Below are positions 36,539 to 51,160 of a DNA stretch of 64,000 nt, piece by piece. The notes beneath the pieces are model-generated. The model was given only the letters and a program-made list of their open reading frames with translations. It did not search any database and was not told the origin of the DNA. The stretch lies in the NCBI GenBank assembly GCA_951406725.2, contig OX597815.1, forward strand, positions 121,148,001 to 121,212,000. Reading direction: 5' to 3'. Both the position numbers and the translations under genes were made by a program. The DNA comes from Octopus vulgaris (Eukaryota). Numbering within the stretch: the stretch's first letter is position 1; each line of letters opens with the position of its first letter.

Positions 36539-39500
36539 GGCCGTCCACTCGTGACCGAGGAAGACCATTGCCGACCTTCAGGAACATTGTGCGCTCTAGG
36601 ACTAACTTATATTTTGCATTTGCAGCTCCGTTGGTGGCTAATGAGCCCTGCTCTTGACAAGCATACACGACTGCAAACATTGCAGACCAAGCTTTCCCCA
36701 TTCACTATACGAGCCGTGCGCTTTCGCGCAGCTCACTTAAGTTCTTCATGCTGGATACGTGCTCTCTCAAAAGTGTTGATCCCCTCCTTAACCTGCTTCC
36801 TCCATCTGTGGCGATGGCAGGCATTGTTCTCCCTGTCAGTGTCCTGCATATCAAAGGCCTTTAATGAGGACTTGACACAGTCCTTAAATCGCAGCCTTGG
36901 TTTCTGCCGGAGTCTCCTTCCATTCACAAGTTCTCCATAGAGCATCTGCTTAGGAATCCTACTATCCTCCATTCTAATAAGGTATCCAGTCCAACACAAC
37001 CGGTGCTTGTGTACCATCGCCTCAATACTCAAGATATCAGCTGTCCTCAGCTGTGTGTCTGGAATTTTTGAGGTCCAGCCAACATTGGGAATGTGTCTGA
37101 GACATCTCTGATGAAAACGTTCAAGGACCCTTACCTGACGTTTGTATGGAGTCCATGTCTCACATGAGTAGAGAAGCGATGTCAGTACACAAGCACAGTA
37201 CACAGCAACTTTTGTTCTCCTTGCGATGCTATGTTGGGACCAGACACGAGACTGAAGAGACCGGAAGGAATTAGTTGCTCTCTGCAACCTGAAAGATATT
37301 TCCTCATCCAGGGAGCAAGAATGGCTGAGTGTGCTGCCCAGGTAGACAAACTTGTCTACTACCTTCAGAATCATTCCTTCAACCAAGATAGCTGGTTCTA
37401 TATATGGATTTCCTGGTGCAGGCTGGAACATTACAACAGTCTTGTCCAGGCTAATGCTGAGTCCAAATGCCCTGCAAGAAGCAGAAATGCAATTCATGAG
37501 TATTTGCATGTCATCCACTGTATGAGTGACTAAGTCACAGTCATCTGCATAAAGGAGGTCACAAATAATAGACTGGGAAACCTTGGCAGCGAATTGGCAG
37601 CAAATCGGCGAAGATTAAAAGTAGCAGCAAAGTTTAAAGAAAAGAGAGTTGGGGCAAGAATGTCACCCTGCTTAACACCATTCTCTACAGGAATGGGTCC
37701 TGCCATGGCACCACCAACATTGACCCAAGCCTCCATCCCATCATGAAATGATTTAATTATTGATACAAAGTGATCCGGACATCCAAGTTTGCCAAGTATT
37801 TTCCATAGAAAGGCCCTATTTGCAGTATCAAAGGCCTTAGTTAAATCAATGAATACCTGGACAAGATCCATATTCTGCTCATAGCACTTCTCCTGCATCT
37901 GTCTTGCTGTGAAAATCATATCCATTGTCCCTCTACCAGATCGGAAGCCACATTGAGATTCAGATAGGACATCATTTATGAGACACCCATTCAGACGGGC
38001 AAGAAGAGTATTTGCCAGAACCTTGCCAGCAGCTGATAGTAGAGCAATACCTCTGTAGTTACCACACATTGTTCTGGCTCCTTTTCCTTTATACAGAGGA
38101 AGAATATTTGCATCCTTCCAGTCCTTAGGGATTGCACCACCCCTCCAGACTGCACTAATAAGTTCATGAAGGGACTGTGTGATGCAATTACCACCAAATC
38201 GCAAGACCTCAGCACAAATTCCATCCTTTCCAGGTGCCCTACCAAGATCAATACTTCATGTATTGATGGCAAGGAGTCTAAGGAGTCAATGATAGGTCTT
38301 TGTTTCATAGTATCAATCACTGTTTCATCCACAACTGACTCATGGTTTAGGAGTTCAGAGAAGTGTTCGATCCAGCGACCTGTGATTTCTGTTGATTTAG
38401 TAAACATAGTGGAAGACTCCTTGGAAAGCAAAGGAGCTGATGTGGAGTTCTTAGGTCCCATAAGCTCGCTTCATAAGATGGTAAAGCTTCTTGCTGTCAT
38501 TTGCATCAGCAGCAGCCTGAACATCACGAGCAAGATCCTCCCACCAAGTGTTCTGCATCTTCCTGAGAGATCGCTGCAGTAGTGATTTTACACTGTTATA
38601 GTGGGCAAGTGCTAGACTTCTCTGCACAGTAGACAGTTCTCTGTGCAGCATCACACTGTGGGCATGGTGTTTCACCACTAATAGTCGTTGAATTTCAGCA
38701 TCATTCTCATCAAACCAGTCTCTGTGTCTGGCAGTAACATACCCCAGTGTTTCGGCTGCACATTGAACAACCTGGTCTCGAAAATCTTCCCATCCTGCAG
38801 CAGTTTCAATGCTGGACAAGCGAGTCTGAAGCTCTTTCCTAACCACAACGTCATATACCTTGTGAACATTTAGGCGGCGAGGAATGCTGACTGGTCCTCT
38901 TCTCTCTTTCGCCCTAATCACCATTCGGAACTTTGCTCACACCAGACTGTGGTCTGTCCAGCATTCTGATCCATGCAAGGACTTGACATTACAAATGTCA
39001 TAAATGTCGCACTTGCAGATGATGACGTAATCCAGCAAGTGCCAAACTTTGGACCTTGGATGCATCCATGTTGTTGTGTGATCACCTCTGTGCACAAAAT
39101 AAGTACTTGCAATGTAAAGTTCATGTTCTTCACAAAGCTCCAGTAGCATTGCTATTCATTTTCCCTACTCCAAAACGTCCTAGAGAGTTCCATGTTTGCC
39201 AGTCTGTTCCTACTCTGGCATTAAAATCCCCCAGTAGAATGACTTTGTCAGAATTGGGGATTTTTCTAAGTATGGCTCTCAGCTGGGTATAAAAGATTAT
39301 TTTATCTTCATCACAGCTAGTCAAAGTAGGTGCATAGGCACTTATTAGAGTAGCAAACCGCTTACCTTTAAAGTGCAACCGTAGGGTCATTATACGTTCA
39401 TTTATAGGAACAGGGAGCTCTTCCAACTTCTTCAGGATATCAGATCGGACTGCAAAACCAACACCAGCCTCTCTGCGCTCCTCCTTCTGCCTTCCTACAT
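36539..39500 (-). mobile_element. Decayed RTE LINE, family 2 (BovB-like) with C-terminal zinc knuckle
   Basis: GVGFAV, SAYAPT, LGDFNARVG, WHLLDYVI, YRGIALLS, SQCGFRSGR, FIDLTKAFD, GVKQGDILAPTLF, LLYADD; CNVCSRVCLSRAGLISHQRSC. Confidence 0.95.
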
Positions 39501-39501
39501 G

Positions 39502-39536
<35 letters not shown>

Positions 39537-39544
39537 TCCATCAT

Positions 39545-40552
39545 ACTCCAGGAGGAGAAACTAGTAGTTGATAGTTTCCGCTACCTAGGTGACCAAGTTA
39601 GTAATGGAGGTGGATGCTCAAAGAGTGTCACCACTAGAATACAAATAGCCTGGGCAAAGTTTAGAAAGCTTCTACTGCTACTGGTGACAAAAGGTCTCTC
39701 ATTCAGAGTGAAAGGTAAATTGTACGACACATGTGTGCAAACTGCCATGCTTCATGATAGTGAAGCATGGGCTGTGACTGCGTTGGCTCAAAAGAAATGA
39801 AGCTAGCATAATCTGCTTGATGTGTAATGTCTGTGTGCATGCACGACAGAATGTAAGTGCCCTGAGAGAAATGGATGTGGCCTGCAAGAGAGACGTTTGT
39901 GCTGGTATGGTCATGCATTATGGATGGATGAGGAGAGATGTGGGAAGAAGTACCACTCCCAAACAGTTGAAGGAATCTGGGGTAGAGGTAGACCCAAGAA
40001 AACATGGGATGTGGTGGCCAAGCAGGACCTTCGAACGTTGGGCCTCACAGAGGCAATGACAAAAGACCGAGATCTCTGCAGATATGCTGTGACAAATAAC
40101 GCGAGTTCATGGCTGTTTCCTGCACCAGCTTCACATAGCAGTCCCAGCCCATCCAAAGTACCTTGGATCGCAGGACGGCCTGCCATGCTTACCTTGCATC
40201 GTAGGGCGACCTGCTGTGCTTGAAGAGACCTACTGAGTCAAGTACATCAACATCAAAATAGAAATCAAATGGAAATTGTAGTTGTGATACCTGTGCCGGT
40301 GGCACGTAAAAAGCACCATCCGAACGTGGCTGATGCCAGCCCTACTTTGACTGGCTTCCGTGCCGGTGGCACGTAAATAGTACCCACTACACTCACGGAG
40401 TGGTTGGTGTTAGGAAGGGCATCCAGCTGTAGAAACACTACCAGATCATACTGGAGCCTGGTGCAGCCTCCTGGCTTCCCGGACCCCGGTCAAACTGTCC
40501 AACCCCTGTTAGCATGGAAAACAGATGTTAAACGATGATGATGATGATGATG
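39545..40552 (+). mobile_element. 5'-truncated RTE family 1
   Basis: VVDSFRYLGDQVS...GRGRPKKTW, 3' UTR, (GAT)n. Confidence 0.92.
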
Positions 40553-40599
<47 letters not shown>

Positions 40600-40879
40600 C
40601 ATTTTATTTATTTCTTGATACTACACTATTATGAAGTGTCAAAAAGTTTTGTACTTTTGCTACCAGATTACTGAGACAGTTCTGATGCATCTTAAGTAAC
40701 TTGCTACACATGTACATCTCTGAAATTCCTATAAAAGTTAACAAGAGTATTATCAAAGATGCTCATGAGTAATAAAAATATTCTAGATTAAAAAGAATGT
40801 TCCTTAGAATTATTCAAGCTCACCAAGAATAGTCATGGTTTACGTACATTCTTAAGATTAACAAAAATATTATCCAATG

Positions 40880-41090
40880 TTATTAAAATGCTGCATAAGA
40901 ATGCTTGAGCAGTATTTACAGATCTTCTGGGTCTTTACATTTTGAGTTCAAATTCCACAGAGGTCGACTTTGCCTTTCATCCATTTGGGATCAATAAAAT
41001 ATGTAGCAGTCAAGTACTGGAGTTGATGTACCTGATTTTCCTTGTCCCCAGAATTGCTTGGCATGTGCCAAAATTTGAAACCAATATTGA
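40880..41090 (+). mobile_element. SINE family B
   Basis: GAGTTCAAATTC..GAGGTCGACTTTGCCTTTCATCC core. Confidence 0.75.
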
Positions 41091-41239
41091 CAAGTGTTTG
41101 TAGATGTGGTGATGGAATTAAAAAGATTGTTTCCCAACCAAATATCTTTAGATTTGGTCTCACAACCAGTTACTTTGGTCAAGCTCCTTCTACTACAGCT
41201 TTGAGCTGAACGAAGCCTTTCAGCCCATTTACGAGTACC

Positions 41240-41662
41240 CTTCAATCGTCAGGCGATATGCTGTGCTTCAGAAGACCTGTTGAATCAAGTGAAATTATTG
41301 TCGTGGCCAATACCAGTACTGCCTGACTGGCACCCATGCCAGTGGCATATAAAAAGCATCATTCGAGCATGGTCGATTCCAGTGCCACCAGCCTGGCTCC
41401 CCTGTCAGTGGCACATAAAATGCACCATTTGAGCGTGGTCAATATCAGTGCTGCCTGTCTGGCCCCCATGTTGGTGGCATGTAAAAAGCACCCACTATAT
41501 TCTCAGAATGGTTGGTGTTAGGAAGGGCATTCAGCTGTAGTAATCTTACAGGGTCAGACTGGAGCCTGGTGCAGCCTCCTGGCTTGCCAATCCTCAGTCA
41601 AACTATCTAACCCATGCCGTTGAAGCAGACGTTGAATGATGATGATGATGATGATGATGATG
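41240..41662 (+). mobile_element. RTE family-1 3' UTR
   Basis: Homology and (GAT)n tail. Confidence 0.8.
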
Positions 41663-41819
41663 TTACACTGGATCAAGTGTGAATTGGCTGTGGTGGTGTC
41701 TATGTCTGTTCTGCTTGTGATTTCATAGACATCTTGAAACAATAAGTGAAAGCCACCATGGGTAATGGTTGGCTGTACTGTGCAGATAGTTGAAAAAGAT
41801 GCAGTCATGGCTGCGAATT

Positions 41820-42570
41820 TAGAAGTTTGCTACTTAACCACATTGCTTTGCACCTTGGGTGTCTTCTACTATAGCCCAAGGCCAACCAAAGCCTTGTGGG
41901 TAAATTTGGTTGATGGAAACTGAAAGAAGCTCATTACACAAACACACACACACACACACGTGCACGCGCGCGCACACACACACACACACACGCGCGCGCG
42001 CACACACACACACACACACGTCATTATTCAGTTTTATTTCAAGATTTCTTGCCAGTAGAGAAAGAGCCAGTTTCTAACCTAGATCCAAAACTTCTTCATT
42101 GGAATTTCCACATCAACAGAATATTTTTGCATGTATGTATATGTGCAGATTTCTGTGTTTTGTTTTATGTATATATTCTCATGCATATATTTATATATTT
42201 AGACATGCTCATATATACTTAAATGATAAACCTCTGGGAAGTTTTACAGATTTTTACAGTTCCAGTGATGGCTTGAATCTGTAGTCTTTGAATCTGCTTT
42301 CTCCTTTCTGGTTTTGAGATATCTAATTTCTCAAGATTGGTATTTAGGCAGTGTATTACATATCCCAGTACCTCAATGTGTGTTTGTTTTTCTACTTGTG
42401 TTTGTCCCCTTCCATTGCTTGACAACTGGTGTTGGTTTGTTTACATCCCTGTAATTAAGTGGTTCAGCAAAAGTGCCTGATAGAATAAGTACCAAGCTTA
42501 ACCCTTCAAGTTGGTGCTCCAACAAGGCCACAGTACAACAACTGAAACAAGTAAAAAGAAAAAGAAAAAG
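41820..42570 (+). mobile_element. SINE family A with interrupted centre
   Basis: Head 41820-41935, 3' half 42380-42570. Confidence 0.65.
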
Positions 42571-42869
42571 ATATTATAATACCTATTATATGTAATGCTT
42601 ATTTATTCACACTATTTTGAATTAATCATGCATCATTTCATCGCTTCCAAACTACAATGATTGTTTACTTTTAGAATGACATTGTAGGACAGGTGTGAGA
42701 GGCTGGATCTAGCCACTCTGAACACAAAACAGGTTGAATGTTTTAGCAACATATGAGCAGTTCAAAGGCTAAAGTATTATTGTGTGGTTACAGGTAATCT
42801 GTGATTTCCACTGATCTATACACTAAGTTCCAAAATAAATATAAAATTGGTGAATTCAAAATAATCCTC

Positions 42870-43070
42870 TTTACTATAGGCACAAGGCCAGAAGTTTTGG
42901 AAAAGAGGGATAATCGATTACATCGACTCTAATGTTTTACTGGTACTTAATTTATTGTCCCCAAAAGGATGAAAGGCAAAGTTGACCTCAACATAATTTG
43001 AACTCGCAACATGTGAAATACCACAAAGCATTTCAACCAGCATGCTAACGATTGTGCCAGCTCTCTGCCT
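42870..43070 (-). mobile_element. SINE family B
   Basis: Reverse-complement core GGATGAAAGGCAAAGTTGACCTC. Confidence 0.75.
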
Positions 43071-43440
43071 TATGAATTTGCAAATAATGAAATAGTCATT
43101 CTTCATATAAAGCTATCAAATTTTAGTTTTACAAATTTCTACTTTAATTTTAAAATTTGTTTCTAAGACTCTGGATATCCAGTCATAGGTCAACAACCTG
43201 AAAAAAAAAACACTATTGATTTATATTAAATTCACATATTTAAAAATATATTTAATGATCCTTCTGACGTTCATTGGCTTACAATAAGTTGATTACCAAA
43301 TGAAATAATTGGGTACTTAATAGCACTATAGATATTGTTTCATAGCAAAGTGGCCTTGAGGTTCTTAAAGTGTATTGAACAATAAGTGAAGCACTTAATT
43401 CTTTTAGTATAATAAAACAATCTAGAGTAATGTACTTTGA

Positions 43441-43488
<48 letters not shown>

Positions 43489-44079
43489 TATATATATCTT
43501 AGATCGCTTTTAAAATTTATTTTGTTATGAAAGATATTTCCCAAAGGTCTTTAGCTCTTGAAATATTATAATCTTATATGGAGATGCTTTATTCTTTCAG
43601 CAGTAATAATTGCCCAATGCAGCTTAAAGATATTTCCATTTCTATTGCCTTATGTTCCTCATCAAAATGCAAAAGCATGTTGAATTTAGAGTTTCTCAAT
43701 GCAAATAAATCAGTCATCCTCACTATATCTGATATATATGTTTATCTCTTTCCAAAAAAAAAGGGGGGGAAGGAAAAATAAAAACAAATGATTATCGTTT
43801 TATCTTTGCTCCCTCTACGCCAATAGCATTCATTAAATCTGTTTACTTACAAAGACTTACCAATGAAACACAGCAAAGAAATACATATGGGTTTTTGTCT
43901 TTGTGTTTTATTTTGTCTTATTGTTTTCATCCAGATTCTTTTATTTAAAACGACATTGCTACGAAACACCAGAAGTGAAGCAGCCTGTCTGACTAATTAC
44001 AATTTATATCAGACCATGCATTCAAATAATTTTTTTGTTTGAAAGAAAAGGAAATCAAAACATGAACAAGCTAATCTCA

Positions 44080-44233
44080 CTCTTTCTCTCTCTCTCTATT
44101 TATCTATTATCTTTCTATCTATCTGTCTATTTATCTATCTATCATCTATCTAGTTACCTTTCTATCTATCTTTCTATCTATCTTTCTATCTATCTGTCTA
44201 TCTATCTATTTATCTATCTATTTATCTGTCTAT

Positions 44234-44309
<76 letters not shown>

Positions 44310-44352
44310 TTATCTTTTTATCTATCTTTCTATCTAGCTATCTGACTGTTTG

Positions 44353-44391
<39 letters not shown>

Positions 44392-44496
44392 GTCTGTCTG
44401 TTTGTCTATCTGTCAGTCTATCTTATATGTATGTATATATATATTTCTATTCCTGAGCGTTATACTAATACATATATATACATACACATATATACA

Positions 44497-44534
<38 letters not shown>

Positions 44535-44696
44535 TCTCTATCTATCTATTTATCTCCTTAACTCTATCTGTTTATCTATCAGTCTCTATCATCCCCCACT
44601 CTAAAGACACATCAAGCAATAAACAATAAAAAGATGATTCTTTTCTTTTTGGTTTTTATATTATATATTTTATATAGCATTGAGGGAAACTCTAAA

Positions 44697-44787
<91 letters not shown>

Positions 44788-45157
44788 TAACAATAACAAT
44801 AATAGTAATAATAACAATAACAAACAACAATAGCTATGTAAAAATAATAAATAATGAAATAATAATAGCTACAATGTAATGCTAATCTAATAGCTACACA
44901 TAAATCATTTTCTATTTGCACACTAAATAGAGATTCAGAAATGAAAACTTGCATGTTTAGAATTTAACAAATCCAATCAGTTGTGTTTTTGAAAATAAAT
45001 AATTCTTTATCAACAAAGCAGATATACTGAATAATGTTTATATATAGAATTTAGGAAACATAGAAAACCAAAACAAGCAAAATAAAATTTTTTAAAATAA
45101 AACCGAATGGATCCCATGGAATTACTTTTCTGCTAACATGAATCTTCAACATTATTA

Positions 45158-45209
<52 letters not shown>

Positions 45210-45217
45210 CATCATCA

Positions 45218-45271
<54 letters not shown>

Positions 45272-45352
45272 TACTAATATAGCTAATATGACTACTATTT
45301 TCACTACTACTGCTACTACTACTGTTATTACTACTACTACTAGTATTATTTT

Positions 45353-45390
<38 letters not shown>

Positions 45391-46003
45391 ATACTAATAC
45401 TACTACTGCTAATACTACTACTGCTAATACTACTATTTTTACTACTACTATTACTACTATTGTTATTATTATTATTACTATTACATATTACTAGTTATTT
45501 TATTTTAATCTTTATTTCAATACAACTGCATAGATGTTGCTTCTCTATCTATAAGATGTCACGATTTTTTTTTCCCTGTTTACTAACTTCTAAATATCCC
45601 TAGAGTCAAGCTACATTGCATGCTCTTATTGATATACATGTATGTACATATAATTTTAGCTAATGTGTGTATGCATATAAATCTTTTCCTTTTCCATTTT
45701 CCTATTTCCATCTATTCTCTCTCATAAATGTTTATGCAATTTCTGCTTTTATCTGTGTCTTTATCAATTCCTGTTTCCTTGTCTTATACGTGTATCAATA
45801 AATTTATGTTTCATGTTTCTTCTTCAATGCAGGTTATATGTTACTATAGTTTCATGTTCTGGAAAATTAAGAAATTCCGTATACCATGAGAAATGTGGGG
45901 CTTATTTCCGGTTCCCCATGCTTAAATGCCTACATATAATTTGTGAAAATATCATTTTCTCTCTCACTCCTTCTGAATATATACATAGACCATAAATAAA
46001 GAA

Positions 46004-46046
<43 letters not shown>

Positions 46047-46650
46047 AACACACACATATACAGGTATGTAGATTTATCAATCTCTTTCCCCCTTCTCTTT
46101 CTCTATATATATACATACGTACGTATTTATGTATATAAATGTATATTTTTGCATATATATGTAGATATGTATATATGTGTATATATGTAAGTGTATATAT
46201 ATATATGTGAGTTTGTGTGTGTGTATGTATATATGTACGTATATATGTGTGTGTGTTTGTATGTATGTATGCATGTATGTATGTATGTATGCATGAATAT
46301 ATGTGTATCCTCATGTACTTGTATACCTATCAATATATATATATATACGTTTGCATGTACATGCATACGTACATATAATCCATATATATATATATATTTA
46401 CACACACATGCATACATGAATCTGTGAATACACACATGCACACATGTGCACCTACATATATATATATATATATATATATATGAATATGTATGTATATGCA
46501 TGTATATAGATATGTGTGTTTGTATGTATGTATGTATGAATGTATGTATGTATATGCATGTATATATAGGTGTGTTTGTATGTATGTATGTGTGTTTGTA
46601 TGTATGTATGTATGTTTGTATGTATGTATGTACGTATGTATGTATACAAA
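44080..46650. repeat. Microsatellite-dense block: (TCTA)n, (TAA)n, (TAT)n/(TAC)n, (TATG)n
   Basis: Directly visible, with unique spacers. Confidence 0.9.
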
Positions 46651-47089
46651 TGCACACTATAAATGTTTTTCTAAATTACCATTTTATACCAATTTTCAGA
46701 GACAATAAATAATTCAAATAAATTTTCTATTCTAGATTTGAAATCTAACTGTTGAAATGTTTTTATTCTAAAAGCCATGATTTGGGGGGTGGGGTTTCCA
46801 AATAATTCTTCCTAAAATGCATTGGTTATTCTGTTTATTGTTTATTAATTTAAGTAAAATTTTACTGAAATATCTGTAAGCAAAAGTAGCCTTTAGTTAT
46901 TGTTGGAGGGGCAGGGGAGGCAGTGAGTGGTGGGGGTTGGGTAGCAGTGTTGCTGCTGCTGCAGGTATTTAAGCCCGAATCATCGCTGATTAAGCAGATC
47001 TGTTATCAAAGACATTGCACCTTTGACCATCAGATATCTCATTTTAGTTATTCAAAACTACATTGTCCAGAACATCATTGATTTTTTTT

Positions 47090-47390
47090 TTTTTTTATGA
47101 TGGATAATAAGGTAAAATTTGAAGATTTGGCTGTATGTTACTTCTGGCACTTTCAGCAAAGAGGAGATTCCAGAGGACCATAATTCTGAGGAAGGAGGAA
47201 TGGGTGTAAGTGTTAGTGCAGAGACTTGGATACTTGAAGACAATGTGAATGATGACTGGAGGTGAGATGAATGAGTCAAAAGTGCTTGAATGGTGATGGT
47301 ATAAGACTGACTGGTTCTGAAGAGCAGAGCACAATATAGTAAAACATCAGAGAGTGGTGACAACATATCTTTGAGGCTAGAACAGGGGTC
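47090..47390 (-). mobile_element. CR1/L2/Jockey-group LINE 3' fragment
   Basis: CTNTYTHSSFLRIMVLWNLL..NLQIFK matches the SFFPR..LWNxLP tail motif. Confidence 0.6.
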
Positions 47391-47649
47391 TCCAAAGTGG
47401 TCGATGGGACTATTCAAGGGGTTGATAAATGCCCTGAAACTGCACATCTATTTGATTATTATTGTTATTTATTTATTTTCTTGTAAATGCCTGAGGGTCG
47501 ATGAGGGGGTCTAAAAAGTTCAGGAAACACTGGGTCAAGGGTCTAAAAAGTTCAGGGATACCTGTGTATGTGAATGACTTTATGCCAGTCAGTCAGGTGT
47601 TATTATTGTGGGTGCTATCTAGAATGTGTTTTTTTTTTGCATATATAAT

Positions 47650-47681
<32 letters not shown>

Positions 47682-47682
<1 letters not shown>

Positions 47683-47930
47683 GTACCAATTATTGTTGGG
47701 TCCTTAAGGACAGTATCAGAAAATATCAAGAGGAATATAAAGAGGAACAGAGTGCTCAGTAGAACTGTTACAAATGGCTTGCCTCCTTGGCATGACCAGA
47801 AATAATCAGGAAAGCATCAGATAATTGGTAAAAATAGATAGCATGGTACCGTGAGATGTAGACAGCAAGCCTACTATGCATGCAAGACTTCAGGAGTTCC
47901 GACAAAACCCAAGCTGAAAAGAAAAATAAT
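47682..47930 (+). mobile_element. R4/Dong-like (RLE) LINE 3' end
   Basis: VPIIVGSL.TV...ELLQMACLLG..RIIRK C-terminal motif; ends in AATAATAA. Confidence 0.6.
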
Positions 47931-48295
47931 AACAAGAGCACTCAGAGAGCACAAACCTCCACCAAGGCAATGCCAACGTCCTCTCAAAGATTAGCTAAAG
48001 ATGATTTTTGAAATGAGAATATCTGAAATAAACTCGACTGCTCTCACAAACGAGAATATTAAAAATGAACCTGACCGCTCTCAAAAATTAAGTAAAATAA
48101 CTGGAAAAATAATCCAGAATCCTTGTCCAGTACCAGATCGATCCCAAACTCTAATCAGTTCATGCCAGTTATGAGGCCAAACATCCCTGAAAGTTTCATC
48201 TGAATCCATCCAGTGGTTCTTGAGGCATCTTGTCCATGGACAAACAAACATGACTGAAAACAATACCTCTGCCTTTGCTAAGGTGGCAGTAATAA
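47931..48295 (+). mobile_element. Helentron/DINE-like non-autonomous element
   Basis: ACAAGAGCACTCAGAGAG..ACCTCCACCAAGG start; terminal hairpin ACCTCTGCC...GGTGGCAGTAA. Confidence 0.55.
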
Positions 48296-48548
48296 TAATT
48301 TTTGCAGTAGTAGCACCGTCACAGATGTAGGAGCAGTTCCCTATGGAACTCCTTCCATGCTCATTTCTTTTCTGTGGCAGTTACCTAGTAAATGAATTCA
48401 TAGACCATAACAAATTTCAGAAAGCTAGTGAACTCACACATTGGGTAGGATTAAAATATAAACTTAGTTCTTAATTAAGAAAAGAGAAATACAAAAGGTT
48501 TAAATCGTAAGTGTATGTGGAATAGTAACAACAGTGGTCTCACTCTAC

Positions 48549-48653
48549 CTGGTACTTTTGGTCCTTTAGTAGAGTCCACTTTGATGCTATCTTCCAATCT
48601 CTTTCACCAGTCTTGGATCTTTGGTATAGAGTTATTGGAACTGTTGTTCCCTC
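48549..48653 (-). CDS. Candidate phase 0-0 exon, EGTTVPITLYQRSKTGERDWKIASKWTLLKDQKYQ
   Basis: T-rich tract plus CAG acceptor, CAG|GTAGAG donor, 105 nt open. Confidence 0.22.
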
Positions 48654-49689
48654 CTGACTAACCAATAAAAAAAAGTGTACATGAAATCTAATTTCCAGTC
48701 CATCTTCACAAATGTAATCTTATTTCTTTTGCTTCTAAAAGACCATGTACTTATTATTGCTAGTAATTTCATTTCAACACTGTTTCACATTATTATTATT
48801 AACCATCGAGCCAACAACCACCTTGAACACCTTTTTAAGCTCCATGTTTCTAACACACATGGGCATGGGCATGTGCAGAAACAGCACAGCTCTCATGAAT
48901 TTCAGAAACCTTTTTTCACACTCAGAGTTGCTGAAGCATAGAACAAACTACCTGCATCATTTGTTAGTTGCCAAGACATTGCATCCTTTAAAACCTCCAT
49001 ACTTCCTGAAATTAGCCAACACTACACCTGATATCCCCACCTCCATATGCATGCACACATGTATATCATAACTCTTACACTGTTCACTTTCCTGACTTTT
49101 GCACATAATTCTATGTACTGCCCTGACAACCATGCACCTGAACACCATACACAATAATTTCATTGAATTATTTGTATGCTGGGTAAAATATTTAACAGTA
49201 TTTCATCTGTCTTTATGTTCTAAGTTCAAATCCCATTCAGGTCATCTTTGCCTTTCATCCTTTTGAGGTCAAAATAAAAGTACCACTCTAGTACTGAAGT
49301 AATTGACTAGCCCCTTTTAGCCCCTTCCCTCAAAATTTCAGGTCTTGTGCCCATGAAAGAAAGAATTATCAACACTTTCTGGTGGGCCCTATGCCCCATC
49401 CTTGAAACTATTTAGAAAGCGGCTGTAGGTGGTACCTTAAGAAGTCTTAGATAGTTCTCAAATTCTAATTCTCTTACTAAGTAGTTGTTGGTATTGAGCA
49501 AAAACAGGCTCTCACTTATGTTTACTATCTCCATCCTTTTCTTTTTCTATTTTTCTAATTTCATTATTTCATTTTAACTTCCCTAAACACTAACCTTGTT
49601 TAATGTAATATATATATATATATTGACATCATCATCATTTAACATCTACTTTCCATGCTGGCATGGGTTAAACGATATATATATGTGTA

Positions 49690-49880
49690 TGTATGTAGAT
49701 CGCTAGCCACTACACATTCTTTATTTTCTCTCTTTGTTTCTTTCTGTGTTCCTTTCTGTGGAAAAGCGTAGACTCGAAACGTTAAAGACTTTTTCGCTTC
49801 CTGAGCGTTATATTAATACATCTGTTTGTTGTCTACACCACCTGTCTTCGTCTTTTGTTTTTTTGTGAATTCTCCCCCTA
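49690..49880 (+). mobile_element. Penelope-type terminal repeat relic
   Basis: CTTT-CTGTGGA..AGCGTAGACTC-GAAA-CGTT-AAAG; related fragment at 44445-44470. Confidence 0.5.
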
Positions 49881-50567
49881 TATATATGTATATATATATA
49901 CACCAAATATGGGGGTGAAGTTCACAGGTGATCTAAACAACTAGGTATTGATTACCAGGGCTCCAAGATCATAACCGAGGTGGTAGTTATGGAGACATTT
50001 GTTAAAGAGGACAACAAACTCTAAGGCTAGACAAACATATCATGTCAGATACATTGTTATTATTATTATTAGAAAAATTCAAAGTCTATTTTAAAGTCTA
50101 AATTTTTCGAATTATAATAATAACATATATGACTTGAGATGCTTGTCTTGCCTTTATGTATTTGCTGTTCTCTTTAAAAATAATATATATATATATCCTC
50201 AGAGGGAGGGAGAGAGAGGGTGAGAGAGAAAGAGAGAGGGGGAGAGATAGAAAGAGAGAGAGAGAGAGAACTTCCTTATCAGAAATGGAGTTTATAATTT
50301 TAGCCTTTTGCCTTTTTCTTCTTTTAATCAAGAACTCAATTTAGATCTTAATCCCAGTTAATTTGCAAATGACTAACTGGTTCACCAGCTTTGTGAAATA
50401 GGTTATGGATGGTACATTTATTTACATCGTAAAGAACCATATTCTTCTTTCATTTCTTGTATAATGGCCATAAGTTTCCAAACACTGTGCTGTAACCCAT
50501 CCATTAGTTTTTTCTTTAACTAACTAAATCAATAACTTAACTTCTTTCATGATAAATAATTTGTTGG

Positions 50568-50765
50568 TAACGCCAACCACTCCGAGAGTAAAAGCACCCA
50601 CTACACTCTCGGAGTGGTTGGCGTTAGGAAGGGCATCCAGCTGTAGAAACTCTGCTAGATCAAGATTGAAACCTGGTGCAGCCATCTGATCTGCCAGCCC
50701 TCAGTCAAATCGTCCAACCCATGCTAGCATGGAAAGCGGACGTTAAATGACGATGATGATGATGA
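50568..50765 (+). mobile_element. Short RTE family-1 3' end with 22-bp inverted 5' duplication
   Basis: TAACGCCAACCACTCCGAGAGT / ACTCTCGGAGTGGTTGGCGTTA. Confidence 0.85.
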
Positions 50766-50766
50766 T

Positions 50767-51160
50767 AGGTGCAGATGTGGCTGTGTGGTAAGAAGTTTGC
50801 TTCCCAACCATGTGGTTCTGGGTTCAGTCCCCTTGTGTGGTACCTTGGGTGTGTATCTTCTACTATAGCCTCAGGCTGACCAAAGCCGTGAGTGGATTTG
50901 GTAGATGGAAACTGAAAGAAGCTTGTTGTGTGTGTGTGTGTGTGTGTGTGTGCCGTTGTGTTTGTCCTTCCACCACCACTTGACAATCAGTGTTAGTTTA
51001 TTTATGTCCCTGTAACTTAACAGTTTGGCAAAATTGACCAATAAAATAAGCACCAAGCTTAGAAAAGAAAAAGTACTAGAGCCAGTTTGTTCAACTAAAC
51101 ATTTCAAGGGGCACTCCAGAATGACTGCTGTCTAATGACTGAACAAGTAAAAAACACACA
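50767..51160 (+). mobile_element. Full-length SINE family A
   Basis: A-box-like TGGCTGTGTGG, B-box-like GGTTCAGTCCC, internal (GT)n, A-rich tail. Confidence 0.85.

Noticed and set aside
36733-38204. Active or domesticated RT gene (261- and 224-aa ORFs)
   Set aside because: Frameshifts, an internal deletion near 37560-37620 and 5' truncation indicate a dead copy
43578-45995. Short ORFs at 43578-43781 and 45813-45995 as exons
   Set aside because: No recognisable domain and no convincing acceptor-donor pair
50767-50840. tRNA genes
   Set aside because: tRNA-like A/B boxes are SINE heads continuing into SINE bodies; no complete cloverleaf seen
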